Assembly: GCF_963921235.1 (NCBI RefSeq)
Contig: NC_086107.1
Coordinates: 94,180,001-94,244,000, forward strand
Reading direction: 5' to 3'
Length of the DNA: 64,000 nt
Source: Mobula hypostoma
Lineage: Eukaryota
The notes beneath the pieces were generated by a model that saw only the letters and a list, made by a program, of their open reading frames with translations, did no database searches and was not told the origin of the DNA. Within the stretch, counting starts at the first letter, position 1. Each line of letters opens with the position of its first letter. Of this stretch, positions 24,451-37,866 are shown in pieces. The translations under genes were made by a program, and so were the position numbers.

Positions 24451-25404
24451 GTATGGCACACAAAAAAAATTAATATATTCTTGAAGTAATTTATAGTACA
24501 TTTTATGTCTTGCAATGTACTGTTGCTCCATTTCACGGCTGATCTGTACTGATCTAAACTGAACACTCCGAGACTATTTCAAGGACTCTGTGGTTTGATG
24601 TTCAATATTCTGTGTGTTATTCACTCTTTTTTTTGCTGCTTGGGTGATTGGTTCTTTTCTTTTTATGCATTGGGTGTTTGGTGTTTTCTTTCGATGGGTT
24701 CCATGGTGTTTCTTCGTTTCATGTCTGTCTGAGGGAAGATGAAGGTCAGGTTTACATACTGCAAATGTCCTTTGATAATAGAACTTCGAATATCTCAGTG
24801 ATAATAAACCTGATTCCCATTCAATCTGTTTGACTGGATTCCCACTTTTGGGTCTATATTTCTTGAGCCAAAAACCTGTCAATAAACATGTCTGACAGGT
24901 CAATAGTTCCACTGCAAACAGTGAAGAAGTTTGCATAAGCACATGGACAGGAGGGGTGCAAAGGGCTAAGGTCTGGGTGTGGGTTGATGGGATCAGGCAG
25001 AATAACAACTTAGCATGGACTAAATGGGCTGAAGGGTCTGCTTGTGCTCTATGACTCTATATATTAATGCAGGTCAGTTTCTCCAGCTCTGTCAACAGAA
25101 CATCACTGCAGGGTGGCGTAGTTGTGGTCAACTGAAGATTTCAATGGACCTCAGGGTCTGGGTTATATATGTATATATTTTGCATGGTTGTATTAGCCTG
25201 GTGGTTGTTGGGGACAGTGCATTCCACCGGGGGTGGAGTGGCGTAGGATCTGGGCTGGAGCCAATGCTGACCCCACCCTCCCCACCCCTGTGTTCGCTCA
25301 GCAGGAGACATGCTCTACTGTAATCAACTGATGATTTCAAAAGGGGGGGGAAGGGTTCTGAGCTATATACATGCATATTTTGTATTCTACTGATATTCTG
25401 TACG

Positions 25405-26530
25405 TTCCTCCACCATCAACTCTGCTCTCAAACACATCTCTCCTGTTTCACGCACATCTGCTCTCACCCCATCCTGTCGCCACCCCACTAGGAATAGGGA
25501 TCCCCTTGTACTCACCTACCACCCCACCAGCCTCTGGGTCCAAAATATAATTCTCCGTAACTTCCGCCACCTCCAACAGGATCCCACCACCTCTGCTTTC
25601 CGCAGGGATCACTCCCTACGCGACTCTCTTGTCCATTCGTCCCCCCCATCCCTCCCCACTGATCTCCCTCCCAGCACTTATCCTTGTAAGCGGAACAAAT
25701 GCTACACATGCCCTTACATTTCCTCCCTCACCACCATTCAGAGTCCCAGACAGTCCTTCCAGGTGAGGTGACACTTCACCTGTGAGTCAGCTGGGGTGAT
25801 ATACTGCATCCGGTGCTCCCGATGTGACCTTCTATACATTGGCGAGACCCGACGCAGACTGGGAGACCGTTTCACTGAACACCTACACTCTGTCCGCCAG
25901 GGAAAGCAGGATCTCCCGGTGGCCACACATTTTAATTCCACGTCCCATTCCCATTCTGACATGTCTATCCACGGCCTCCTCTACTGTAAAGATGAAGCCA
26001 CACTCAGGTTGGAGGAACAACACCTTATATTCCGTCTGGGTAGCCTCCAACCTGATGTCATGAACATTGACTTCTCTAACTTCCGCTAATGCCCCACCTC
26101 CCCTTTGTACCCCATCTGTTATTTATTTATTTGTTATTATTATTAATTTTTTTCTCTCTCTCCTTTTTCTCCCTCTGTCCCCCTCACTATACCCCTTGCC
26201 CATCCTCTAGGCTTCCCCCCTCCCCCTTTCTTTCTCCCTGGGCCTCCTGTCCCATGATCCTCTCATATCCCTTTTGCCAAAAAAACTTTCCAGCTCTCGG
26301 CTCCATCCCTCCCCCTCCTGTCTTCTCCTATCATTTCGGATCTCCCCCTCCTCTCCCACTTTCAAATCTCTTACTATCTCTTCCTTCAGTTAGTCCTGAT
26401 GAAGGGTCTCGGCCCAAAACGTCGACTGTACCTCTTCCTAGAGATGCTGCCTGGCCTGCTGCGTTCACCAGCATTTTTTATGTGTGTTGCTTGAAATTCC
26501 AGCATCTGCAGATCTCCTCATGTTTGCGTT
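25405..26530 (+). mobile_element. Penelope-like retroelement 3' fragment (GIY-YIG endonuclease plus pLTR); related pieces at ~14545-14647+16258-16700, 17040-17560, 45225-46100
   Basis: ORF 25796-26089 VIYCIRCSRCDLLYIGETRRRLGDRFTEHL...VATHFN is a GIY-YIG endonuclease. A pyrimidine-rich spacer and the conserved terminal repeat follow. Confidence 0.9.
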
Positions 26531-29500
26531 CTGTACGTTCTTGCTGTCTTGTATGCACGAGGACTGGGCCTCACGTCGTGGTGGCGCCTGGCACGTGGGG
26601 TGGTGGGTGGATGTCATCGGGGCCGATGCACTCCACTGGGGTTGATGCGGTACGGCATCTGGGCTGGAGCCGGACCCCCTCCCTTCCAGTGTTCACTTGG
26701 CGGGTGACAGGCTCTATTGTAGTCAACTGGTGCGAGTTTTGGGACTCTTATTGCCTGATTGCGATACCATTTTGTGCTTTGTTCTGTGTATGACTGTGGG
26801 TACATTTTGCACCTTGATCCCAGAATAATGCTGTCTCATTTGGCTGTACTCATAAGCAAAGCTGAATGATAATTAAATTTAAATTGAATAACGCACGTGG
26901 TTACAAATCTATATTCACTGTGATATGCTTTGTGCACTTACAAACCTACTTGTCACAATGTGTTTTACGCTGGCGACTCACATGCACTCTTTAGTCCTTA
27001 GCAAACTGTGAGATTGCCCCTAACGATAGGAATTGAAACGAGTGCTGCTTTTTAAAAAGTTGTTTAGAAATTCAGCACAATAGCAAGCCCTTCCACCCAA
27101 CAAGCCCCCACCATCCAATTTCAGCCTTGCGACCAATTAACCAACTAACCTTCACATCTTTGAAATGTGGGAGGAAACTGGAGCATCCGGAGGAAACCCA
27201 CGCAGTCATGGAGAGAACATTAGAGGGAACGGTGGAATTGAAATCAGGTCATTGGTGCTTTAATAGCGTCACACTTACGGCTAGGCTACCATGTCATAAG
27301 GAGGCACAGGAGCCTGAAGACCTGCACTCATCGTTTAAGGGACAGCTTCTTCCCCTCCACCATCAGATTCCTGATGGTCCATGAACCCATGAACAGTGTC
27401 TCGCTATTCCACTTTTGCAATGCTTACCTATCCATTCATCTATTTATTTATTTGCCTATTTAATTATTCACTCATTCATTTACAACTTGTAGTAGTTTTT
27501 TTAAGTGTTGTACAAAACAACAAATTTCACAGCACAGAGTATGCCAGTGATAATAAACCTGATTCTGAAACAGAATGGAATTAGTATAAAAAAAGTGATA
27601 GTTTATATAGATGATGGGCAGAAGGGCCTGTTGATAGTCATGGACACATAAAATGGCTCCTGCACGGAGCTGGCCCCTCATGACCGCTCTGCCTCCCCAC
27701 CAGGCCAACCCTAGTTCAACCTCCCAGCCCTTTCTCCACAAATTTATCTTGGCCATGTATTTCCTCTATTCCTCCTTAAACACACAGAGGAACTTGCGTC
27801 CACATCTGCAGGTAGTGTGCAGCAGATTCCAACCGCACACTGTATGAAAGGTTTCCACCGCAGGTCACTCCACACTCTCTTCCCCTTTACCCTGTGTTCT
27901 CTGCACCTGACCAAAAGCCGCAGTCGCTACCCGGACTCCTCAGCCTTCCCTTTGCCAAACAAAATAGTCCCATCCTCTCCCATGGAACATAGAACACCAC
28001 AGCACAACACAGGCCTTTTGGCCCGTGATGTCGTGCAAACCTTTTAGCTTGCTCTAAAATCAATCTAACCCTTCCCTCCTACATAGCCCTCCATTTTTTT
28101 GATTTTCTATGTGCCTATCTACGAGTTTCTTAAAAATTCCCAATGTATTTGCCTCTACCATCCCTGGCAGGGTGTTTCACCCACCCAACACTCTCTGTGT
28201 AAAAATCCTACCTCTGACATTCCCCCTATACCTTAAAATTATGCCCACACATATTAGCCATTTCCACCTTGGGAAACGTCTCTGGCTATTAACTCGATCT
28301 AGAACTCTTGCGTGTGGGCACAATATAAAAGCCTGAAAACACCTAGCACTAGGCCCAAGGACAGCTTCTACCCTGCTATTACAAGACTATTAAACAGCCA
28401 TATGGACTCCAAACCTCACCATCTACTTTGTTGTGGTACTTGCACCTTATTGTCTGTCTGCACCGCTCTTCCTCTGTAACTGCAACCCTTTATTCTAGTG
28501 CACAAAGTTCAAAGTAAATGTTATTATCCCAGTACATACATGTCACCACATACAGGGTCAATGAAAGATCAGGTAGAACATAGAAGACAGCAAACTGTGC
28601 AAATGCAAATATTTTTAAAAAAGCAATAAATAATAGGAACATGAAATAACAAGATAGAGTCCTTAAAGTGAGATCATTGGTCGTGGGAACATCTCCATAG
28701 ATGGGCAGATGAGTGTAGTTATCCCCTTTTGTTCAAGAGCCTGATGGTTGAGGGGCAGTAACTGTTCTTGAATCTGGTGGTGCGAGTCCTGAGGCTCTTG
28801 TACCTTCTACCTGATGACAGCAGTGAGAAAAGAGCATGGCCTGGGGGTGGGGGTGAGGATCTTTAATGATGGACGCTGCTTTCCTACAACAGCATTATAC
28901 ACTACCTCAATGCACTGATGTGATGAAAAGATCTGCGTGCAAATCAGGAACTTTGCACTGCACCTCGGTACCTGTGACAATAATAAACCAAGTCCCAATC
29001 CAGGAACTATTCCAGTAAATCTTTACTGGACCCTCTTTAATGCCCCCTGTTGTTCTGATCACCCATCCACCCACCTCGCTCTACTACCCACTGCACTGCA
29101 CTCTAACCACTTTTTATAGTGCTCATAAATACAGGAGACTCTGCAGGTGCTGGAAATCTAGAGTAACACACACAAAATCCCAGAGGAACTCAGCAGGTCA
29201 ACATCTATGGAGAGGATAGTCAAGTCAAGTCTATTATCAGTTAACTTATACATGTACACTGTCAAATGAGACATTTCTCTGAACACAATAACTTATGAAA
29301 GCTAAGATAAAATCTACAAATGAATTACACAGATGAAGTCAATGGCCCATGAACAGTCAACGTATCTGGCTGAGATCCTTCATCACTTCTTAGATTGCTG
29401 TAAATACAAGTGGGTAATTATTGATTTCTGGACATTTTATTCCATATCCATCCTTTAAACTCTTACAGTACTGTGCAAAAGTCTTAGGCACATATACTGT

Positions 29501-30484
29501 ATATGTGTACAGTGCCTTAGACTTTTGCACAATACTGTATGTTATTTCTTTCCCAGTTACCAAATAGGACTTAATACTACTGAGCTAATGCTAAACTCAG
29601 TATTTTTATTTGTTTCCCAACCACCTTCCTATTTTAACCAAAATACAGTGCTGTCCAAAAATCTTAGGCACCATTTTTATATCTATATACCCAAGACTTT
29701 TGCGGAGCCCTGCTGAAGGGTCTTGGCCCGAAACGTCAACTATAATCTTTTCCATAGATGCTGCCTGGCCTGCTGAGTTCCTCCGGCATTTTGCGTGCGT
29801 CCTTTGGATTTCCAGTATCTGCAGATTTTCTCTTGTTTGCAGAGTACTGTAGATTTTTTTTTTAACCATATAATTTTCTATTCTTAATAATTGTTGGATG
29901 CTGCTTTTGTTTGCATGTCACACCCAGAACTAAATACATCAGCAAGTTTCTAATACATGCAAGCGTATTTGGTGAATAAGGTTGATCCCTAATTTGTGAT
30001 CCTACAATGTATCAATGAGAGATGGACACAATAGTCCAGTTGATCTTAGACCCATGTTTAGAACACAGAAAACTACAGCAGAGGAACGGGCTCTTTGGTC
30101 TATGATGTCTGTGCCAAACACAACTTCATATTAAACTAATCCCATCTACCCGCACACGATCCATAACCCGTTCTTCCCTATATATTCGTGCGTCTGTCTA
30201 CAAATTCCTTAAACGTCTCCAGCACCACATCTGGCAGCTCATTCAGGGCACGCTCAACACTCCATGTAAAAATGCATGCCTTTGAAGTTACTCTCTCTCA
30301 CCCCAAATACAAAGCCTTTCTGCATTAGACATTTCAGCCCTGGGAAAAAGCAACAGGCTGTCTTCTCCGTCCCTGCCTCACACGGGTGGCACCGTAGGGC
30401 AACAGTTAGCATTACAATGTCAGAGATCCGGGTTCAATTCAGCCGCTGTCTGTAAGGGGGGTTTTGTATGTTCTCCCTGTGACC

Positions 30485-31630
30485 ATGAGCGGTTTTGGGC
30501 CCCTTATCTTAGAAAGGATGGCGAGGACTTAAAGAAAGTTCACAAAGATGATTCCAGGATTGAAAGGCTTGTCATAAAAAGAGTGTTTGATGGCTCTGGG
30601 CCTGTATCTACTAGAATTCAGAAGAATGAAGGGTGACCTCACTGAAACCTATCGAATAGTGAAAGGCCTTGATAGGGTGGATGTGAAGAATATTTCCAAT
30701 GATGGGAGAGTCTAAAACCAGAGGACACAACCTCAGAATGGAGGAATGTCCTTTTAGAATGGAGATGAGGAGGAATTTCTTTAGCCAGAGTGGTGAACCT
30801 GTGGAATTCTCCGTAGAGGCTAAGTCTTTATGTATATTTAAGGTAGAGGTTGATAGATTCTTAGCTGGTCAGGGCATGAGAGGATAAAGGGAGAAGGCAC
30901 GAGATTGAGGCTGAGAGGGATGAAAAACTATGAAGAAATGGCAGAGCAGACTCGATGGGCCAAATGGCCTAATTGTGCTCCGATATCTTATGTGGGTTTC
31001 CTCCGGATGCTCCAGTTTCCTCCCATAGCAGATTAATTGGTCACATGGGTGTAACTGAGTGGTGAGAGCTTGTGGGGCTGCAAGGGCCATTCCCGTGCTG
31101 TATCTGTAAAATATAAAAATAATATTTTATAAACCTCAATTAGATCTCCCCTCAATGTCCGCCACTCCAGAGAAAAGAACCCAAGTTTGTCCAACCTCTC
31201 TTTATAGCACATCTTCTCTAATCCAGGCAGCATCTTGGCAAGACTCTTCTGCACCCTCTCTAAAGCTCCCATATCCTTTGTGTAATGTGGCAACCAGAAC
31301 CATTTGCAATATGCCAGCTGTTTTTAGCAAGGCTCCGCAGAAACTCCCACTTCTATATTCTGCTTTCATCAGTAGAGATGTGGAGAAATTACTTTCGTCA
31401 CTGGGTGGTAAATCTGTGGAATTTGTTGCCACGAGCAGCTGTGGAGGCCAAACCATTGGGTGTATTTAAGGTAGAGATAGATAGGTTCTTGATTAGCCGG
31501 GGTGTCAAAGGGTATGGGGTGAAAGCAGGGGAGTGGGGATGACTGGATTGGATCAGCCCATGATTGAATGGCGGAGCAGACTCGATGGGCCGAATGGCCC
31601 ACTTCTGCTCCTAGATCCTATGGTCTTAAT
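30485..31630. mobile_element. Cluster of CR1 3' fragments in both orientations with SINE pieces
   Basis: ORFs 30699-30887(+), 31033-31293(-) and 31285-31542(+) carry CR1 C-terminal motifs. Confidence 0.8.
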
Positions 31631-32344
31631 AAAGCCTAGAGCAACCAACACACACAAAATACTGGAGGAACTCAGCAGGTCAGGCAGCATCAATGGAGGG
31701 GGAAAAAAGTCAATGTTTTGGGGGTGTGACACTTCAGGAAGGGTGCAGAAACCAGAATAAGACCAGCTGCTAGTTTGTACTCCTTCCTCTCCTCTCAGTT
31801 TCACATTCTTGTTTCTCCCACCTTCTGCTCCAGTCCTGATGAAGGGTCTAGGCCAAAATGTCGACTATTTATTCCCTTCCATAGATGCTTCAATAATGGC
31901 GTTCTCAGTCTGCCCTGCCGCCTTCAATAACTTGTTCACCCTTACCACTGGAGCCCCCTTATGAAGGCTCAGCCAACTAGGGCTTTTCTCTTTGGAGAGG
32001 GATGCTGAGTAAATTGACAGGGGTGTATAAAATGATAATGGGTATTGATAGAATGGGTAGCCAGAGACTTTCTCCCCAGGGTGTAAATACCTAATATGAG
32101 AGGGCATAGCTTTAAGGTGTTGGGAAGGAAATACAGAGGAGATGTCAGAGGTTTTTTTTCCCACATAGAGTGGTGTGTGGGTGAAACAGCCTGCCAGGGA
32201 CGATAGTAGAGGCAGATACATTAGAGGCATTTTAGAGACTCTTAGAATAGCACATGGATGTGGGATGGAAGAGTTAGATTGATTCTCGGAGTTGATTAAA
32301 GGGCCAGAACAACATTGTGGGCCAAATGGCCTGCACTATTCAAC

Positions 32345-32890
32345 ACTCAGTAGCCACTTGATTAGGTACACCTGTATATCTGCTTATTAGTGCAAAGATC
32401 TAATCAGCTAATCATGTGGCAGCAAATCAATGCATAAAAGCATGCAGACATGGTCAAGAGGTTCAGTTGTTTTTTCAGACCAAACATCCTAATGGGGAAG
32501 AAAAGTCATCTAAGTGACTTTGACTGTGGAATAATCGTTGGTGATAGATCAGATGGTTTGAGCGTCTCAGAAACTGCTGGTCTCCAGGGATTTTTATGCA
32601 CAAAGGTCTCTTGATCTGACAGAGTAAGGTGCGAAAAACACAAAACATCTAGTGTGCAGCAGTTCTGCAGGCCAAAGCTCCTTGTAAACAAGAGAGGTCA
32701 GATAAGAATGACCAAACTTATTCAAGCTGACAGGAAGGCGACAGTAACTCAAATAAACACGCATTTCAGAAAAGCATCTCTGAATGCACAGCATGTTGAA
32801 CCTTAAAGTAGACAGGTTATAGCAGCAGACCGCAAACGTACCCTCAGTGGCCATTTTATTAGGTACACCTAATAAGGTGGCCACTGAGCA
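32345..32890 (+). mobile_element. Non-autonomous Tc1-like element (third family); copies at ~38295-38835(+) and ~22395-22715(-)
   Basis: TIRs cactcagt(g/a)gccactt...attagg / cctaataaggtggccactgag. Paired-like HTH remnant (MEKKCDLSDFDHGLIVRARRGGLSISE in the 38.4-kb copy). Confidence 0.8.
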
Positions 32891-34389
32891 TACGTTCTAA
32901 CAGGGAAACCTGACCTGCGAAACAAAGTGTTGGCTAAACAAAATATTGAAATCATGTGTTAAAAGAGAGCTGTAACCCAGATAGCCTGCAGGAAATTGAA
33001 ATCGTTTGCACAAGACTACTGCATAAGACATTATCAGGAAGATTTATGAAGAAATGGGTAACTGATAGACAACAATTTGAGGAACCTTTACCTGATGTAG
33101 AATGAAAAAAACATGGATGGTAGAACAGTTTAAGTGCACCCGATACCTTTTCTTGCTTTACAGACTGTACATTATAGGATAAACACTTGCTTTGACCACT
33201 TAATACAAATAAAAGAGAATCAATCTCTTTTTACAGATTAATTATGTGTGCAAGATGTGCTCAGAGTGGCATTGCTTAAATTAATATATCTAGGAGGGAA
33301 ATAAGTGGAACATTAGATTGCGACCTCCGCGACCTGTGGTCAAATCTATCTTGGTCAGAAAGTTTACTGTCAATCACAGATATAAGATGTTGCGTTCAGA
33401 CGGAAACCAGTCCCCATAAAACTGACCCCTTGGGGCTGGGGGGGGGGGGAGGTGGAATTGACACTTACAGCAAGCCGATAAATTAAAACATGTGAACTGG
33501 TCTAAGTTATCACAAATTACTGCAGGGTATTGGCGTCACTTATCTGGTCAGAGACACATGACTGGAGTTCAAGAGGGCTGCCTGCAGATGATGGCAATCT
33601 GAAAATAACGCACAAGGTGCCCAGCAGGTCGAGCAGCGACTGTGGAAATTGTTATTGTTATCAGTCCTGAAAAGTTGACAGCTCTTCTTTGTGACCTGCA
33701 CATCACCTCCCTGGGATTCCCCTCCTCCTTCCACGGTCCACCGCCCTCTCCTATAAGATCCCTTCTTATTCAGCTCTTTACCTCTTCCACCTATCACCTC
33801 CTAGCTTCTTACTGCATCCTCCCCCTCACTTGGTCTCATTTATCACCTGCCAGCTTGTACACCTTCCCCTTCCCCACCTGCTTATTCTGGCTCCTGTCCC
33901 CTTCCTTTCCAGTCCTGATGAAGGGTCTCAGTCCGAAACATCAGCTCTTTATTCCTCTCCATAGATGTGGCCTGAACTGCTGAGTTCCTCCAGTATTTTG
34001 TCCTTTTCCACAGTGGTAGTGGGGTTACTGCAAATCACCTGGACACAATTGATGTGATAATGATCCTTCTCACTTAAAATTGGTCGAACGGGAGGAATAT
34101 GTGGTTGATGGGCAGATGGAAGAGGGGAAAGAGAGAGGGTAATGGTAAAGATTAGGAGGGGAGAAAAATAAAAAAAGAACAAAAGAGAATATGTACTGTA
34201 AGTTTGAGAAGTCAATGTTCATGCCGCAAGGTCGGAGATTGCTTGGGCATAATATGAACTGTTCCTCTGATTTTAATTCGGCTGTGATCTGGAGTCAGTT
34301 ATGTTAAATTTTATTCCTTGCAAGAAAAATTCAAGGAATGAGCTAACCAAAAGGACAACCCATATTCACCAGAATAAAACAACGCAAGC

Positions 34390-35823
34390 ACATAATAGTA
34401 AGGAAAAGTTTTATTTTTTTTCAGATACAAAAGCTCATTGGCAAAAAAAACACATAGCTATATAAAATATATTGTACGACGGACACCAGGCTTATCTGAA
34501 AATGTAAAACTAACTGATCTAGCAGCAAATTGCTGGGACCAGAGAGGTCCAGGCTTTATGTTCTCTTAGCTCATTGTAACATAAATAAGATATTGGTGTA
34601 GACAACAGGAACTTCTTTCAAAACTCTAAGACAGGAGAGGAGTAAATCAAACACCTGTCCCCCTTCCCAAAAGTCCCTCAAAACAGTGAGTAACGTATTA
34701 AAAATACTCTTTCTAAAAGACCAACACATAAGGTAAATTTCCACCATGGCCACTACAAAGAAGGTGCCACGGCTTGGCTGCCCAATATTCCCCACCATGA
34801 ACATTTATGTCAGTTTAAAAAAATAAATTGCAAATTTTTTCAAGGACAAACCATGCTCTGGGTTTGGCAAAGAGTTATCATAGTGAATTCTCCTTATAAT
34901 TAAAAATTTGACAAGAGATCAAAATTTAAAGGAACAAGCCCATGAACGATAACATTCTATCCATGAGTATATCCAGGAAGGATAGGTAATGGGTATTTTT
35001 CATTGTACTTTTAATTGAGGTATTTCAATTTTTCACCCCACCTACCCTCCTTTAACATAAGTCAGTACTACCAGCCCTCCTGCAACCACTGATTCATCCT
35101 CATAGCTTAGAAGTTGCTTCCCACACCCATAACAAGTACAAAGGAGATGTGCAGCAAAAGGCAGCAGCACATTAGATGGTTGGAGCAGGGATAAAAATCC
35201 TCCAACTTAATATGATTTGAATCAAGGGGCCTTCAGGTTACTGGGTATTACCGATCCATAAATTTTAATTTCGGAAACATTTCAACTGCTCATTCTGATG
35301 AAGTGCTCCAAGCAATCTTTAGGTCCAACAATTCAGCAAATTACGTAGATAGCAGTAATATAACTCAAATCCTTGTAATGGTGTCCCAACATGGTGCATT
35401 TACAAAACCATACATGTCACTTGCAATACTGTTCATAAATTAACCCTTCACAATTTGTACTCCATTGTCATGATCCCGGGGAAAATAAAACCAGTACACT
35501 TTACTTGGATTGAATATGTCCAAACATCCCCAAGGACCTGAGAAACTGTATTAACCCCAAAACACATAAATCGCTATCCATACAAGGGCCCCTGAGCAAC
35601 TTCAGATACAGAAACTTTAAAAAGTTAGGTGCTGAAAAGTTATCTAGTTGACTACCAAAGTATTTTCAATTAGAACATAAAGCCAATGTCTAGCTGGGAA
35701 ACTTCTCACCAAAGGCGCTCTGTGGTTGAACAGAACTGGTTCTTGATATGTCAAAGAAAGTGTCCGTGGATTGGTTTTAAAAGGACCCTTTTCCCCTCCT
35801 CAACGTGTTTCCTGCTCCTCTCG
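34390..35823 (-). other. POLD1: POLD1 3' UTR (~1.4 kb; end inferred)
   Basis: AT-rich sequence without recognisable repeats, running from the stop codon to an AATAAA plus GU-rich element. Confidence 0.65.
34410..34415 (-). terminator. Polyadenylation signal AATAAA (POLD1)
   Basis: Minus strand reads AATAAAACTTTTCCTTACTATTATGTGCTTGCGTTGTTTT: a hexamer followed by a GU/U-rich downstream element. Confidence 0.65.
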
Positions 35824-35920
35824 TCACCAGGTTGGGGCTCCAAATCGCATCATCACCTTCTCCTGGTCATCAAGGTCCTTCTGCACTTTCTTCCGCATGT
35901 AGAAGATGGGGCAATCTCGG
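35824..35920 (-). CDS. POLD1: DNA polymerase delta catalytic subunit, last coding exon
   Basis: Acceptor ctctccccatttctcatcag, then (S)[31 protein letters not shown]. This matches the POLD1 C-terminus ([12 protein letters not shown]). Stop TGA at 35824-35826. Confidence 0.97.
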
Positions 35921-36349
35921 CTGATGAGAAATGGGGAGAGGGGTGGGGTGGGAGGGAAGTGAAAAAGATGTTACATGGTATTTACAGCCTTTCAGCCCAA
36001 CATGTCCATTCTCGGAACAAATATCTCCCCCCCCCCCCCACCACCCCAAATAACGAATACATTTTCTCCTTTATTGCTCATTTATTTCTACTGTTGAAGG
36101 TATCCTGACTGGTTGCATCATGGGCTGGTACAGCAATTCAGATGCATAGAAAGACAAGAACCTGCAGGGAATTGTGGACTCTGCCCAATACCTCACAGGC
36201 ACATTGCTCCCCACCATCGGTAGTATCTCCAGGAGACACTGCCCCAAGAAAGCAACAACTATCATCAAAGATCCTCACTCATGGGCCAAACCATCATCTT
36301 GCAGCTACAGAAGCCTGAAGTCCCCTAAGACCAGGTTCAAGAACAGTTA

Positions 36350-37866
36350 CAGAGGTGCTAGAAAGTTTGTGAACCTTGTAGAATTTTCTTTATTTCTGCA
36401 TAAATATGACCTAAAATGTGATCAGATTCTAGCCCTAAAACCAGATAAAGAGAACCCAGTTAAATAAATAACACAAAAACGTTAAACTTCTTCACTTACT
36501 TATTGAGAAAAAATATTTTAAAATTACATGTATTTGTTGGAAAAAGTATGTGAACCTTTGCTTTCAGTAACTGTTGTGATCCCCTTGCACAGCAATAACT
36601 TCAACCCAATGTTTCCAGTGACTGTTGATCAGACCTGCACATCAGCTTGGAGGAATTTTAGGCCATTCCTCCTTACAAAACTGCTTCAACTCTGGGATGT
36701 TAGTCGGCTTCCTCGCTTGAACTGCTTGTTTCATGTCTTTCCACAACATTTCCTTAGAATTAAGTTCAGGACTCTGACTCAGCCTTTCCAAAACATGAAT
36801 TTTCTTCTTTTTAAACTATTCTGTTGTTGATTTACTCTTTTGGATCATTGCTTGTTGCATTATACAATTTTTATTAACTTCAGGTGACAGACTGCTACCC
36901 TGACATTCTCCTGTAAAATGGCTTGATACAATTTTGAATTCATTGTTCCCTCAATGATTGCAAGCTGTCCAGGCAGCAAAGTAGCCCTAAACCATAACAC
37001 TCTTTCCACCATGCTTCACACTTGGGATGAGGTTTGGGTGTTGGTGTCCAAACATAGCAATGTGCATTTCTGCTAAAATGCTCAACTTTTGTCTCATCTG
37101 TTACAAGAATATTGCCCCAGGAGCATTGTAGAACATCCAGGTGGTCTTTTGCAAACTTGTTTTTTGAAGAGCAGTAGTTTCCTCCATGGTGTCCTTCCAT
37201 GAACACCATTCGTGTTTGGTGTTCTTCTTATAGAGCATACATGAACAAAGATTTCTGCAGGTCTTTTGCTGTTACCCTTGGGTTCTTTTTCACCTTCTTC
37301 AGCATTGCACATTGTGCTCTTGGTGTGATCTTTGCAGGATGCCACTCCTAGGGAGAGTAGCAATAGTACTGAGTTTCCTCCATTTGCAGACAATTTCTCT
37401 TACTGTGGTGCTGTTGTAGCTTTTCCAGCTTCAAGCATCTCTACAATTCCTCTTCTAAGGTCCTCTGAAAGTTGTTTTGATCGAGGCAAGGTACACATAA
37501 ACAGATCTTCCTTGAGAAGAGCAGGCTCTGTCAGTAACCTGACTATTTTTTAAAAATAAGGCAGGACACCTCTACAATTCACACCTCCAATCTCATCTCA
37601 TTGATTGGAACACCTGACTCCAAATAGCTTTTGTAGACGTCATTACCCCAGAGGTTCACATACTTTTTCCAACAAATACATGTAATATTGGATCATTTTT
37701 CTCAATAAATAAATGAACAAGTATAATGTTTTTGTGTTATTTATTTAATTGAGTTCTCTGTATATCTAGTTTTAGGACTTGTGTGAAGATCTGATCACAT
37801 TTTAGGTCATCTTTATGCAAAATTAGAGAAAATTCTGCAGGGCTCACAAACTTTCTAGCACCACTG
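36350..37866 (-). mobile_element. Second copy of the same Tc1 transposon, inside the last POLD1 intron
   Basis: Same TIRs (cagaggtgctagaaagtttgtg ... cacaaactttctagcaccactg) and colinear with 14648-16257. TDETKVE motif present. Confidence 0.95.

Noticed and set aside
26089..26793. 234-aa ORF following the GIY-YIG ORF
   Set aside because: It runs through the pyrimidine-rich spacer and terminal repeat of the Penelope-like element and has low-complexity composition.
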